From: Aulosira sp. ZfuVER01
GTDB taxonomy: Bacteria > Cyanobacteriota > Cyanobacteriia > Cyanobacteriales > Nostocaceae
Assembly: GCA_034530615.2 (NCBI GenBank)
Contig: JAVRCV020000009.1
Span: 1-64,000, forward strand
Length of the DNA stretch: 64,000 bases
Direction: 5' to 3'
In this document: piece after piece, positions 10,148 through 20,670 of the stretch
How positions within the stretch are numbered: position 1 is the first letter of the stretch
Layout of the letters: the number at the start of each line of letters is the position of its first letter
Program-made: the position numbers and the translations under genes
Notes under the pieces: generated by a model
Told to the model about the DNA's origin: nothing
Databases searched by the model: none
What the model saw: only the letters and a program-made list of their open reading frames with translations

Positions 10148-12199
10148 GTGGAGAAGGGGACGCTAGTTGAATTTAGGGTTCAAGGCGATCGCCGTCTGGG
10201 AGTAGTAGATCGCCCAGATGGAAAAACCCGTTGGTTTGTGGTAGATGACCGCGGTCAATCCCACAGCCTCGCGCCTAGACAAATTACCTATACAGTTAAC
10301 GGACAAACCTACAAGCCTGCTGATATTGCCAGCTTTTTAGAGCAAGTAAAGCCATATCTCGATCCCTCTAGCTTGGAAGTCGCCTGGGAATTGTTGGTTG
10401 AGGATGGGGAAACAGTCACCCCACCCCAAATGGCTAATTTGTTGTTTTCGGAATCAGACGGGTCTCATTGTTACGCCGCCCATTGCTTGCTGTCAGAAGA
10501 CAAACTCTATTTCAAGCAAAAAGGAGACGCTTATGAGCCGAGGACGACAGCCCAAGTAGCAGAACGCAAACACCAGTTAGAAGTAGAAGCCCAAAAAGCT
10601 AGGGGACAGCAGGAATTTTTAGCTCGCGTCGAACAAGCTTTAGCAGGTGAAGCCGTAGAATGGCAACGCCACGATCGCCAGCGTCTAGAAGCACTAGAAA
10701 AATACGCAGCCCTAGTAGCAGATGTTGTGCGTATGGGGGTAAATTATGACTCATTGCCTCGGGCTTACCCTCCCCCAGGCCCAGTATTGGAAACGATGAC
10801 CATGCTGGGACGCCCCGCAACCCCCCAAGGAGCATTACAACTGTTGGTAGATTTGGGTTGGTGGAGTCCCAACGAAAATTTGTTTTTGCGTCGTTCAGCA
10901 ATTCCGGTTCAATTTCCTAGCAAGGTATTAGAAGTGGCGCAACAGCGTTTGGATTCCCCACCCTCAGATCTAGATACAGACCGTCTAGATCTGACTCATT
11001 TAAAGGTGTACACAGTTGATGATGAAAGTACCACAGAAATCGATGATGGTCTGAGTTGGGAATTACTCTCAGATGGACGGGAACGTCTCTGGGTGCATAT
11101 CGCCGATCCTACCCGATTGTTAGTACCAGAAGATGACCTAGATCTAGAAGCGAGGAAGCGGGGTAGTACAGTTTATTTGCCGACAGGGATGATTCCCATG
11201 TTCCCCGAAGTCTTGGCCACCGGGCCAATGAGTCTGGTACAGGGACGGGTTTGTTGTGCCCTCAGCTTTGGGATTATTTTAGATTCAACTGGGCAAGTAG
11301 AAGATTACAGTATTCATCCCAGTGTTATTAAGCCAACTTACCGCCTCACCTACGAAGATGTAGATGAGATGCTGGAATTAGGAGTACAAGCAGAACCAGA
11401 AATTGCTGCGATCGCAATGTGGGCAAAACGCCGCAAAACTTGGCGATACACTCAAGGCGCAATTAGCATCAATATGCCAGAAGCAACGATCAAAGTCAAA
11501 GGTGACGAGATCAGCATTGATATTTTAGATGACTCCTCATCACGGCAACTAGTAGCAGAAATGATGATTCTAGCAGGCGAAGTTGCAGCCCGCTACGGTC
11601 AAGCCCATAAGATTCCCCTACCTTTTCGCGGTCAACCACAGCCAGAATTACCCCCAGAAGAAGAGTTACTTCAGCTACCCGCTGGATTCGTTCGCGCCTG
11701 TGCTATGCGCCGCTGTATGCCTAAGAGTGAAATGAGCATTACCCCCGTGCGTCACGCTGGGTTGGGTTTGGATACCTATACTCAGGCGACTTCCCCCATT
11801 CGGCGTTACAGCGACTTACTCACCCATTTTCAACTTAAAGCCCATTTGCGTGGCGAAGTTCTACCTTTCTCCGCAGAACAGCTCAAAGAGGTGATGATGA
11901 CCGTTACCAGTATCACCCAAGAAGTGACTATGGTAGAACGGCAAACTAATAGATATTATGCTCTGGAATATTTGCGTCGTTATCCCGAGCAAGTTTGGCC
12001 GGTGACAGTCTTAATGTGGCTGCGAGAAGACAGCAATTTAGCATTAATTCTCTTAGAAGACTTAGGTTTGCAGTTGCCAATGTCTTTCAGACGTTCGGTC
12101 AGTTTAGGTGAACAGTTATTAGTGAAAGTTAGCCTTGCCGATCCGCAAAAAGATATGATTCATTTTCAAGAAATAATTTATCAAGAAGCACTGAATTAA
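10148..12199 (+). CDS. rnb: Ribonuclease II/R (RNB domain) exoribonuclease
   Basis: TVDDESTTEIDDGLS, VHIAD, R.STVYLP, TSPIRRYSDL motifs; GTG start. Confidence 0.9.
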   Translation: MEKGTLVEFRVQGDRRLGVVDRPDGKTRWFVVDDRGQSHSLAPRQITYTVNGQTYKPADIASFLEQVKPYLDPSSLEVAWELLVEDGETVTPPQMANLLFSESDGSHCYAAHCLLSEDKLYFKQKGDAYEPRTTAQVAERKHQLEVEAQKARGQQEFLARVEQALAGEAVEWQRHDRQRLEALEKYAALVADVVRMGVNYDSLPRAYPPPGPVLETMTMLGRPATPQGALQLLVDLGWWSPNENLFLRRSAIPVQFPSKVLEVAQQRLDSPPSDLDTDRLDLTHLKVYTVDDESTTEIDDGLSWELLSDGRERLWVHIADPTRLLVPEDDLDLEARKRGSTVYLPTGMIPMFPEVLATGPMSLVQGRVCCALSFGIILDSTGQVEDYSIHPSVIKPTYRLTYEDVDEMLELGVQAEPEIAAIAMWAKRRKTWRYTQGAISINMPEATIKVKGDEISIDILDDSSSRQLVAEMMILAGEVAARYGQAHKIPLPFRGQPQPELPPEEELLQLPAGFVRACAMRRCMPKSEMSITPVRHAGLGLDTYTQATSPIRRYSDLLTHFQLKAHLRGEVLPFSAEQLKEVMMTVTSITQEVTMVERQTNRYYALEYLRRYPEQVWPVTVLMWLREDSNLALILLEDLGLQLPMSFRRSVSLGEQLLVKVSLADPQKDMIHFQEIIYQEALN

Positions 12200-12249
12200 A
12201 AAGAATTAATCAAGTAAACGTTGAATTTTACTAGCGTGAGACACTTAAT

Positions 12250-12402
12250 TTAAGTAAGTCGGCGAGAAAAATTCAATGTGTGTGAAGAAAGATAAATTGT
12301 TCCTAGGGTGGAATTGGAGAAGTCGGAGATCTGGATAGCGATTTTTGGATGCTTCTTCGGTGCGTGGCGCTGCGCGACAACACACCCTTGTATCTTACTT
12401 AA
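12250..12402. repeat. Degenerate MITE-like element containing remnants of small dispersed repeats
   Basis: Ends TTAAGTAAG / CTTACTTAA; internal GAAGTCGGAGATCT resembles half of the palindrome at 59045. Confidence 0.35.
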
Positions 12403-12610
12403 GATAGATTGAAATACTAGCACTGACTTAGCTTAATACCAAAAAATTTGTAGGTTGGGTCAAATAATCAGACTCAACACTTGCTTCTTGGTGGATTGCC
12501 TTACGGGATATAAATTGACTCAAACCGACTAAATTTGATAAAACGTCAGCCCGAAGTCGGGTTTTTTAGGGTAGTAGTTGATGCTATCCTAACCCTTGAT
12601 GAATGCGCTC

Positions 12611-12731
12611 CTAAACTTTCTAGCTCCTAATTAGTTAAGACCTATACAGCAGAAAGGGCTTGTTTTCGACTGACAGATCAGTCTAAACTTTCCGAGTTCT
12701 GATTGATGCTTAAAACCTATGCAGCAGAAAG
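12611..12731 (+). repeat. Imperfect direct repeat (2 copies, about 47 bp)
   Basis: CTAAACTTTC...CCTAT(A/G)CAGCAGAAAG at 12611-12656 and 12683-12731. Confidence 0.7.
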
Positions 12732-12786
12732 AACGCGGCGTTAAAAGATTCCGTTAAATCAAAAGGAAAAGGAAGACTGGTCATAA

Positions 12787-14229
12787 ATGTCTGAAAATCG
12801 TTTATCTTCGGGAATTCCGGGTCTAAATGAAATTCTCTATGGCGGCTATATTCCTGGTAGTGCCTACTTAATCCGAGGTGGAGCGGGAAGTGGTAAGACA
12901 ACGCTGGGAATGCATTTTTTAACCGCAGGGGCAGCAAACGGCGAAGAGGTTTTGTTCATCACGCTGGCAGAAACTGCTGCACAACTTCAGAGAACTGCCG
13001 AAGGACTGGGATTTAATTTACAAGGGATCAATTTTCTTGATCTTAGTCCCACACCCGAATTTTTCACCCAGGTTGAGACTTACGATATTTTCTCACCAGC
13101 TGAGGTCGAACGTGAACCCACAACTCGCCAAATTGTAGAGCAGGTAGAAGCCCTCAAACCGCAGCGAATTTTTATTGACTCAATGACACAGTTTCGCTAC
13201 CTTGCGACCGATACCTTTCAGTTTCGTAAGCAAGTGCTCTCATTTTTGCGATTTTTAGTAGAGCAAGGTATCACTGTACTATTCACCTCAGAGAGCAGTG
13301 CAGAAGCGCCCGACGATGATTTACAGTTCATGAGTGATGGCGTAATTAATCTCAACTTCAGCAACAATCAACGGACGCTTTGGGTATCAAAGTTTCGGGG
13401 TAGTGACTTTCAGGACGGCCATCATGCAATTCGCTTAACTAGCAAAGGAATGCAGGTCTTTCCCCGATTAATGCCACAAATTTACGGACAAACTTTTAGT
13501 CCTGAAACGATCTCCTCTGGCATCCCCGGAATTGATGAGTTACTGCACGGCGGTATTGAACGCGGCACAATTACTATTATTAGTGGACCTAGCGGCGTAG
13601 GTAAGAGCTCGTTGGGACTTCAGTTTATGAAAGAGGCAGCCGGACGGGGCGAACGTTCGGTGATTTACACTTTTGAAGAACAGAAGGAAACACTGTTGCA
13701 CCGAGCTGAAGGGATTAATATTGCTGTTCATGCAATGCAGGAGCGGGGGACACTCTCGGTGATTCAGGTGGAGCCGTTGTACTATACACCCGACGAATTT
13801 GCTAACCTTGTGCGCCAAGAAGTCGAGCAACAACAGGCACGAATTGTGATGATTGATAGTGTGTCCGGCTATCGACTTTCGGTGCGGGGGGAAGACTTGA
13901 TCGGCCATATCCATTCCCTATGTAAGTATTTGCAAAACATGGGTGTTGCCGTGCTGCTAATCAACGAAATTGAAACGATTACAGGAGAATTCCGAATTAC
14001 AGAAGTTGGGATTAGTTATCTGGCAGATACAATTGTGTTTCTGCGCTATTTAGAAATGCAAGGTGAACTGCGGCGGGCAATCGGTGTTTTGAAGAAGCGG
14101 ATGAGCGACTTTGAAAAAACTTTGCGCGAATTTGAAATTAGTCGCTACGGCATCAAAGTCGGCAAGCCACTGACGCAGCTTCGAGGTGTGTTGACTGGAC
14201 TGCCCGATTTCATTAAGGATAAACCGTAA
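12787..14229 (+). CDS. KaiC-like double-domain RecA-family ATPase (non-clock KaiC/RAD55 type)
   Basis: Two P-loops (GGAGSGKT, GPSGVGKS), two IDS Walker B motifs, TFEE; ISYLAD in place of the KaiC ISTITD phosphosite. Confidence 0.88.
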   Translation: MSENRLSSGIPGLNEILYGGYIPGSAYLIRGGAGSGKTTLGMHFLTAGAANGEEVLFITLAETAAQLQRTAEGLGFNLQGINFLDLSPTPEFFTQVETYDIFSPAEVEREPTTRQIVEQVEALKPQRIFIDSMTQFRYLATDTFQFRKQVLSFLRFLVEQGITVLFTSESSAEAPDDDLQFMSDGVINLNFSNNQRTLWVSKFRGSDFQDGHHAIRLTSKGMQVFPRLMPQIYGQTFSPETISSGIPGIDELLHGGIERGTITIISGPSGVGKSSLGLQFMKEAAGRGERSVIYTFEEQKETLLHRAEGINIAVHAMQERGTLSVIQVEPLYYTPDEFANLVRQEVEQQQARIVMIDSVSGYRLSVRGEDLIGHIHSLCKYLQNMGVAVLLINEIETITGEFRITEVGISYLADTIVFLRYLEMQGELRRAIGVLKKRMSDFEKTLREFEISRYGIKVGKPLTQLRGVLTGLPDFIKDKP

Positions 14230-14306
14230 CACTGTGCTTATGGCGTCTAGTAAACAGCTATTTTTGATTCAGCCAGAGAGAAACTTTGACGGCAAGAGAA
14301 TGAGCG

Positions 14307-15404
14307 ATGAATCGAATTTTGATTATTGTAGAGCAATCTGAGAATCGCCGTCTGCTGGCGGAGTGGCTGGGAATATATTATGAGGTGGCGATCGCAGACT
14401 CAATGGTGCAAAGAGGAAAAGTCTTGCCGCTTCTAGATGAGCCGTTTGACTTATGTATTCTTGATGGCCCAGCTCTAGATCGCCTTTGGGAATGGGTACA
14501 GGCGAGAAAACACGCAGAGCAATCAGTTTTTTTGCCATTTTTACTAATTACACTACGCTCTGACGTGAAACTATTGACACGGCATTTGTGGCGAACTATC
14601 GACGAGCTAATTACAAAACCAATTGAAAAGCTAGAGATGCACGCACGAGTTGAAATGCTACTGCGATCGCGGCGACTTTCTCTACAGCTTCAGGCCGCGC
14701 TTCAGCAAGAACGCGAACTCAAGGAACTCAAATCGCGCTTTGTCTCAATGGTTTCCCATGAATTTCGCAACCCACTAAATAGTATTTCTGGTTTCACTCG
14801 TTTGCTAGAACAGTACGACTTGCCCCAAGAACAACGAGCTGACTTTTTTCAACGTATCCAAGCTGCTGTTAGTCGCATGACAACCTTGATGGATGATGTC
14901 TTGACTTTGGGAAAAACTGAAGCGGCTCTTACAACGTCTAATCTCGTTCCGTTAGCGATTGAGCCTTTCTGCCGCAAGTTAATTGAAGAAATCAAATTTA
15001 GCACCAGCAGTAGTCACAACATTGATTTCGACTGTGAAGAGAACTGTATTACAGTTTATATGGACGAAGGGTTACTGCGGCACGTTTTGATCAATCTACT
15101 CTCTAATGCCATCAAATACTCAGCACCCGACACCACCGTTAAAATTAAACTGCAATGTCAATCACAAGCCGCGATCTTTCAAGTACAGGATCAAGGCATC
15201 GGTATCACTCCATCCGACCAAAAACGGCTATTTGAACCCTTCTACCGTGCCAGTAACGTGGGTAATATTCCTGGTACTGGGCTGGGATTGGCGATTGTGA
15301 AACAAGCGGTTGAGTGGCATGGCGGAACGCTCACAGTCACTAGCGAAGTCAATGTTGGGACAACATTCACTGTAACTCTGCCTATTAGTAGCGAAATTGC
15401 TTAA
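14307..15404 (+). CDS. Hybrid histidine kinase (atypical receiver + HisKA + HATPase)
   Basis: SHEFRNPL H-box, NLLSNAIKY, DQGIG, GTGLGL; N-terminal receiver-like region. Confidence 0.9.
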   Translation: MNRILIIVEQSENRRLLAEWLGIYYEVAIADSMVQRGKVLPLLDEPFDLCILDGPALDRLWEWVQARKHAEQSVFLPFLLITLRSDVKLLTRHLWRTIDELITKPIEKLEMHARVEMLLRSRRLSLQLQAALQQERELKELKSRFVSMVSHEFRNPLNSISGFTRLLEQYDLPQEQRADFFQRIQAAVSRMTTLMDDVLTLGKTEAALTTSNLVPLAIEPFCRKLIEEIKFSTSSSHNIDFDCEENCITVYMDEGLLRHVLINLLSNAIKYSAPDTTVKIKLQCQSQAAIFQVQDQGIGITPSDQKRLFEPFYRASNVGNIPGTGLGLAIVKQAVEWHGGTLTVTSEVNVGTTFTVTLPISSEIA

Positions 15405-15781
15405 GTTCCCGATCCTCTAGAGACAAGGTTCATCCCGTGTAAAAAAGTGGCGACAAAGAGCATTATTGACTATTTAGACTCGCTATGGGGTGTAGAAGAT
15501 GAATTAAAGCCTCAGACAGCTAGAGTCGTGAAATTTATTCTATTAAACTCACTTGGATATAAATTATAACCATGACATTTTTTTATATATCAAATTTCTC
15601 TGACTTATGTCAGCATTTTTTGGTCAAAAAACACCTAGAATGCTGATTTTTGGCTTAGGGCTAATTTTTTCTGAAATTATTACTGATTTACTAGTCGGAT
15701 TATCTACTTTTGGGGTGTACTCTCGATATACAGTAACTCTCGCAATAGACTGTTGCCATAATTACACCTTGAGGTAATACC

Positions 15782-16387
15782 ATGAGAAATTATGCTGACA
15801 AACAGGACTTCATATTAAGTCAAAGTAGGGATTTCAGCGGTTGTGACTTGAGCGGAATCGACCTGAGAGCAGTTGATTTGAGTGGTGTTAACTTTTTAGG
15901 AGCAGATTTGCGTGGTGCAAATCTATCGGGTTCCATCCTCACTGGTGCTAACCTACGTGAGGCAAATCTCATAGAGGCTTCTTTATGCGAAGCCAACTTG
16001 ATTGAGGCTGATTTAACACAAGCAAATTTATGTGGAGCAGTATTATGGCGATCGCAATTTAGTGGTAGTAATCTGACCTATGCTTCTTTATGTGCAGCCG
16101 ATTTTAGCGAAGCTGACTTGAGTGAAGCCAAATTAATTGAAGCATCCTTAATTGAAGCAAAATTAGTTAGAGCAAATCTCGCAGGAGCAAAGCTATGTGG
16201 TGCAATTTTATTAGAAGCAAATTTAACTGATGCCAATTTAATTGGTGCAGACTTGACATGGGCAAATTTAACAGAGGCTAACCTGACTGAAGCCAAGCTT
16301 TGGGGAACAAAGATGATTTCTACCAAGCTGCTGGACACTATCATGCCTGACGGTACAATTCAGGAACCGCAAATAATATTTCTTTGA
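15782..16387 (+). CDS. fraF: Pentapeptide repeat protein FraF
   Basis: A(D/N)Lxx repeats; convergent with fraE as in the Anabaena fraCDE/fraF locus. Confidence 0.8.
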   Translation: MRNYADKQDFILSQSRDFSGCDLSGIDLRAVDLSGVNFLGADLRGANLSGSILTGANLREANLIEASLCEANLIEADLTQANLCGAVLWRSQFSGSNLTYASLCAADFSEADLSEAKLIEASLIEAKLVRANLAGAKLCGAILLEANLTDANLIGADLTWANLTEANLTEAKLWGTKMISTKLLDTIMPDGTIQEPQIIFL

Positions 16388-16405
16388 TTATGGGTGCATC
16401 TATTT

Positions 16406-16454
16406 CGTAGTAAGGACTTTAGCGCTTGTTTTCAGCACTGAAGTGCTTACTACG
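16406..16454. repeat. Palindromic small dispersed repeat between convergent fraF and fraE
   Basis: CGTAGTAAG...CTTACTACG arms; related to the palindrome at 25952. Confidence 0.65.
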
Positions 16455-16463
16455 CAACCTGTG

Positions 16464-17246
16464 TCAAAACTCCCGTTGTGAGAATATTAATATAGCGATC
16501 GCTAACAACATGGAACTATACAGCAAGCCATAACCAGCGTTAGCAATCAATGCGGTTGTTCCAGGTAGCGCTTGCATACCGTAAACAGCATGATTTTTTA
16601 AATCTAATCTAGATAAATCAGGCAAAATTAGATATAAAGCTTGAGTCAGATGTTCTATGCTTGGGTTGCGGCTCAGACGACCAAATTTTAATAAATCTGG
16701 CGAGATGTTGCCCATTAAATAAACGGCAAAGGTTAAAATTATCGCTAACAAGGAACTGGTAAATGAACCAAACCCAATAGCCACAGCAGTGATTAAAGAT
16801 ATCTGCAAGAATAGGAAAATAACAGCAATCAAAATGCTCGTTATTGTATGAGGAATATGACCAATTTGTAAAAATCCTAGATAAATCACCGTCATAATGG
16901 CGATGATTACAGCTAGCACTGCCGATAAACCCAAATATTTACCAGCAATAAATTCACTGCGGCTGATGGGTTTGGCAATTAATACCAAAATAGTCCGTTT
17001 TTCAATTTCTTTGTTTACCAGTCCCGTGCCAACAAATACAGCCACAATTAAGGCGATGACACTCATTAAGACTATGCCAAAGTCTAAAAATATTTTGCCT
17101 TCGGTATTAGCTGCCAATTCTGGCAAGAGGCGGATAGCGGCAGCGAGTATGAGCGTGTAGACACCTATTATATATAAGATGCGATCGCGTATTACTTCCT
17201 GAAATACATTGCCTGCCATTACAAAGATGCGGCTGAAATTCATCAT
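16464..17246 (-). CDS. fraE: FraE, ABC-2 type permease-like protein
   Basis: Multi-TM protein with EIEKRTI...KPISR..F..GK motif; third gene of the fraC-D-E order; start moved to ATG 17246. Confidence 0.85.
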   Translation of the reverse strand: MMNFSRIFVMAGNVFQEVIRDRILYIIGVYTLILAAAIRLLPELAANTEGKIFLDFGIVLMSVIALIVAVFVGTGLVNKEIEKRTILVLIAKPISRSEFIAGKYLGLSAVLAVIIAIMTVIYLGFLQIGHIPHTITSILIAVIFLFLQISLITAVAIGFGSFTSSLLAIILTFAVYLMGNISPDLLKFGRLSRNPSIEHLTQALYLILPDLSRLDLKNHAVYGMQALPGTTALIANAGYGLLYSSMLLAIAILIFSQREF

Positions 17247-17393
17247 ATATTTAGTACCTAGTAATATATATTTATTAGTCAGTTTGCATTTAGTAGTAAA
17301 CTGACCAAAAAACATCTACGCCCAAATTCTAAATAAAGAATCAAATTTTGTCTCTAGCGAAATTCTCGGTTAAAGACCAGCCGCCAATGGAAT

Positions 17394-18437
17394 TTAGCGT
17401 TGTGCTGGCGGTCTACCATTAATCCGTTTAATCCGAGGCTCGCACTCAACTTCTGCAATAATACGTGTATTTTCTGGCTTTTGAGCAGTCGATTTGTTGG
17501 GAGATTCTGCAATTGGTCGAATCTGACACGACTTATTCAAATAATACCCACGTGGATCGGAACTTGGCCCAGTCCAGATGCCTACTATATCTAGTATATA
17601 TTCGTCTTTATTCTTAGGATTAGGATTGGTGATTCGCGGTTCAATACGCCATAAATCCTTCACTTCCTTTTCCTTGAGACGTTTTTCTTGAATTACTTCC
17701 TGAGTCAGGTTATCAAGATTAGCATTAGCATTTTGTAGCCATCTTTCAACCTGCGGCCAAGGCTGTTTATCTATTTGTTTCTCTATTTTTGGTTGAAGTT
17801 CTTTAAGAATTAAAGTGCCGTTTAGTGAAGTTTTAGTAGGAAATTCTGTTCTCACAACAAAAGTACTTCGTTTAAAATTATCTGACAGCAAGCTGGGATA
17901 TTCTTGTAACCAAATATTGACAACAAAGTAAAATTGAATCCAGCAACTAAGAAGCATACAACTGGCAACTAGTACGATGATTTTTTGGCGGTCTTCCGGT
18001 TTAGGAAGTTGAGCTTTGGCTTCAGTACCAGTTCCTTCAAAGAACTCTGGGATGGCGGTAATTAATGCCGAAATTGTCGGCCAAAGCACGATTGTTCCAG
18101 ATGAAACTCCAGTTTCTTCTTGTTGTCCAAATGCAAAAACACTAACTAAAAACCCAGTGATTACTGCTCCTACAGGCATATAAGTCCCAGGAACTCTTGC
18201 TGGATCATCGGTAGTATACCAAGATGTACCAGCGATTAAAAATAACCAACCAAAAAATGCAATTGTATCCTTGACAGCACCAGTTGCAAAAGATGATATC
18301 GCCCAAGAGAAAAGACTCAAATAGATAAATGTCTGCCAGGAATAAGCTTTTTGCGGAATCAATAGCTTTTTAATTCCCGCATAAATATCAGCAAGAAATG
18401 AAGTTAAACCTAATAAATCTTTAAATAATGTGTTCAT
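17394..18437 (-). CDS. fraD: Septal junction protein FraD
   Basis: About 5 N-terminal TM helices plus a soluble C-terminal domain, 347 aa, between fraC and fraE. Confidence 0.85.
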   Translation of the reverse strand: MNTLFKDLLGLTSFLADIYAGIKKLLIPQKAYSWQTFIYLSLFSWAISSFATGAVKDTIAFFGWLFLIAGTSWYTTDDPARVPGTYMPVGAVITGFLVSVFAFGQQEETGVSSGTIVLWPTISALITAIPEFFEGTGTEAKAQLPKPEDRQKIIVLVASCMLLSCWIQFYFVVNIWLQEYPSLLSDNFKRSTFVVRTEFPTKTSLNGTLILKELQPKIEKQIDKQPWPQVERWLQNANANLDNLTQEVIQEKRLKEKEVKDLWRIEPRITNPNPKNKDEYILDIVGIWTGPSSDPRGYYLNKSCQIRPIAESPNKSTAQKPENTRIIAEVECEPRIKRINGRPPAQR

Positions 18438-18503
18438 ACTTGAACCTCTATATCATTTAGCGATCGCTATTTTTTTTCTGTAACAAAATTACTGCAATTA
18501 CTT

Positions 18504-19052
18504 TTATTTCATCCGAATTAGCAAAACCAGAGTTATCGCACTATAGCTCAAAGAATTAGCAATTAACATAGTAGATACCAAATTATTACTCATTAATTTA
18601 GCTCTGGTCATATACCGCCACTTTTGACGTTCAAAATTTGGCGACTCTTCCGTTTTTTTGCCGAAATCTTCATTGAGGGCAAGTGAGAATAACCTTAAGA
18701 GAAAGAATTTAACGATGAATGTGCCAAAGAAAATTATAAAAGCAGTCAAAATAATTAAAGTTTGCGTATTAGGTAGTTTAAAACTATTGAAGAAGACAAA
18801 ATTAATTAATTCTGACTTTAAATCTACTGGCAGTATTGGCTCGATCATAAAAAACACTATCCAACCGATGACGCTAGAAAAGAGATTGATCGATATGGCA
18901 TAAAAAATGCTGGTTTTTTTGTCAAATTTTAATCTACTATTGAAACAGTATGCTTCTATAGAGATGGCCATAAGCAAAAATAAAAGATCGAATAAAACTG
19001 CACCCACAGGCCAAACACTGGGAAGTGTCCAATTTTCAAATAGATCAAACAT
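18504..19052 (-). CDS. fraC: Filament integrity protein FraC
   Basis: 182-aa membrane protein with [12 protein letters not shown] and [11 protein letters not shown] motifs; synteny. Confidence 0.85.
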   Translation of the reverse strand: MFDLFENWTLPSVWPVGAVLFDLLFLLMAISIEAYCFNSRLKFDKKTSIFYAISINLFSSVIGWIVFFMIEPILPVDLKSELINFVFFNSFKLPNTQTLIILTAFIIFFGTFIVKFFLLRLFSLALNEDFGKKTEESPNFERQKWRYMTRAKLMSNNLVSTMLIANSLSYSAITLVLLIRMK

Positions 19053-19286
19053 AAAGGTTCAACTGTAAGGGTTAACTGTAGAGAGTATAACTGCGATAGT
19101 CACTGTGATGGGGGCAATTATCTCATTGTTCTTGCCGTTTACCATCTTGGTGTGCCACTATTCTGCTACTTGTTTTATTAATACATTCTCCTGAAACTTG
19201 TACGTAAGTGCTATGATAGCTGCTCTACCTGAGAGTACAAGAGATTCGTTAAGATTAAAAACTGCTAAATTACAGCTTTTTGAGAA

Positions 19287-20423
19287 ATGACAAGGAACGG
19301 TATCGGTATTCGCACGGCGCAAGTGCGTTCTGAACGGCTAACTGGTCAAATTCACGTCTACGATGGTGCGGGGAAAGGAAAATCTCAAGCAGCTTTAGGG
19401 GTGGTTTTGCGCTCGATTGGCTTGGGAATAAATACACCGAGCAATTCCAACCGTGTTTTATTATTACGATTTTTAAAAGGCCCAGAACGGGATTATGATG
19501 AGGACGGAGCAATTACTGCCTTACAGCGAGGCTTCCCCCATTTAATAGACCAGGTTCGGACTGGGAGAGCCGAGTTTTTTGGCCCCGAAGAAATCACCGC
19601 TTTTGACTGTGCTGAAGCAGCTAGGGGATGGGATGTAGCTAAAGGTGCGATCGCCTCTGGTTTGTATTCAGTTGTGGTTCTAGATGAAATTAACCCCGTT
19701 CTAGATTTAGGTTTGCTCCCAGTTGATGAAGTGGTGCGGACACTGAAGTCTAAGCCCCAAGATTTAGAAATTATTGCTACCGGACGCGCAGCACCACAAA
19801 AGCTGCTCGATATTGCCGATTTGCATTCAGAAATGAAACCGCAACACCACCCAACAGCCAAAGCACTGTTAATTGAGGGGATTGAAATTTACACGGGTGC
19901 AGGGAAAGGCAAATCTACCAGCGCCTTAGGTAAGGCGTTACAAGCCATAGGTAGAGGAATCAATCATCCCGGTTCTACCCGCGTAATGATTATGCAATGG
20001 CTCAAAGGTGGTAGTGGTTATACAGAAGATGCCGCGATCGCCGCCTTGCAGCAGTCATATCCTGAAGTAGTAGATCATCAACGCTGTGGTCGAGATGCGA
20101 TCGTCTGGCGCAATTCTCGGCAAGAATTAGACTACGTAGAAGCCGAGAGAGGTTGGGAAATTGCCAAGACTGCGATCGCCTCTGGATTGTATAAAACTAT
20201 CATCCTAGATGAACTCAATCCCACCGTTGACCTAGAATTACTTCCCGTTGAACCGATTGTGCAAGCATTGCTGCGCAAACCCCGCGACACCGAAGTAATT
20301 ATCACCGGTCGCTGTCAAAATCAACCAACATACTTTGATTTAGCTAGCGTTCACTCGGAGGTTTATTGTCATAAGCATTATGCCAATCATGGTGTGGAGC
20401 TAAAAAGAGGAGTGGATTTTTAA
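19287..20423 (+). CDS. cobO: Cob(I)yrinic acid a,c-diamide adenosyltransferase (duplicated domain)
   Basis: Two GAGKGKS P-loops, two LDE.N and TGR motifs. Confidence 0.92.
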   Translation: MTRNGIGIRTAQVRSERLTGQIHVYDGAGKGKSQAALGVVLRSIGLGINTPSNSNRVLLLRFLKGPERDYDEDGAITALQRGFPHLIDQVRTGRAEFFGPEEITAFDCAEAARGWDVAKGAIASGLYSVVVLDEINPVLDLGLLPVDEVVRTLKSKPQDLEIIATGRAAPQKLLDIADLHSEMKPQHHPTAKALLIEGIEIYTGAGKGKSTSALGKALQAIGRGINHPGSTRVMIMQWLKGGSGYTEDAAIAALQQSYPEVVDHQRCGRDAIVWRNSRQELDYVEAERGWEIAKTAIASGLYKTIILDELNPTVDLELLPVEPIVQALLRKPRDTEVIITGRCQNQPTYFDLASVHSEVYCHKHYANHGVELKRGVDF

Positions 20424-20451
20424 ATTAGTCAAGGTCAAGCAGCAAAGCTGC

Positions 20452-20670
20452 AATTCGTAATTGATAATTCGTAATTCGTAATTAATACCCCATAGCGAAA
20501 CGGGGGGCTTGGATAGTGATGCTACGCATTTCTAAATTCTCCATAACTGAAGTTAGGGAGCCAGTGCGGTCTTGGGGGTTCCCCTCATAAGAAACTGGCG
20601 TGGCTTGAAACCCGAATTAATTATTAATTTCGTTCGTAATTACGAATTACGAACTACGAATTACGAATTA
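20452..20670. repeat. Composite repeat element bounded by inverted heptamer arrays
   Basis: (AATTCGT)n at 20452-20483 and (ACGAATT)n at about 20638-20670 flanking a structured core. Confidence 0.8.
20559..20601. repeat. Small dispersed repeat (SDR-like)
   Basis: AGCCAGT-GCG...GGTTCCC...ACTGGCGT; related copy at 62687. Confidence 0.75.

Noticed and set aside
12787..14229. Circadian clock kaiC
   Set aside because: No kaiA/kaiB, SY instead of ST, shorter C-terminus
19287..20423. Internal duplication of CobO as a novelty
   Set aside because: The two-domain form is usual in cyanobacteria
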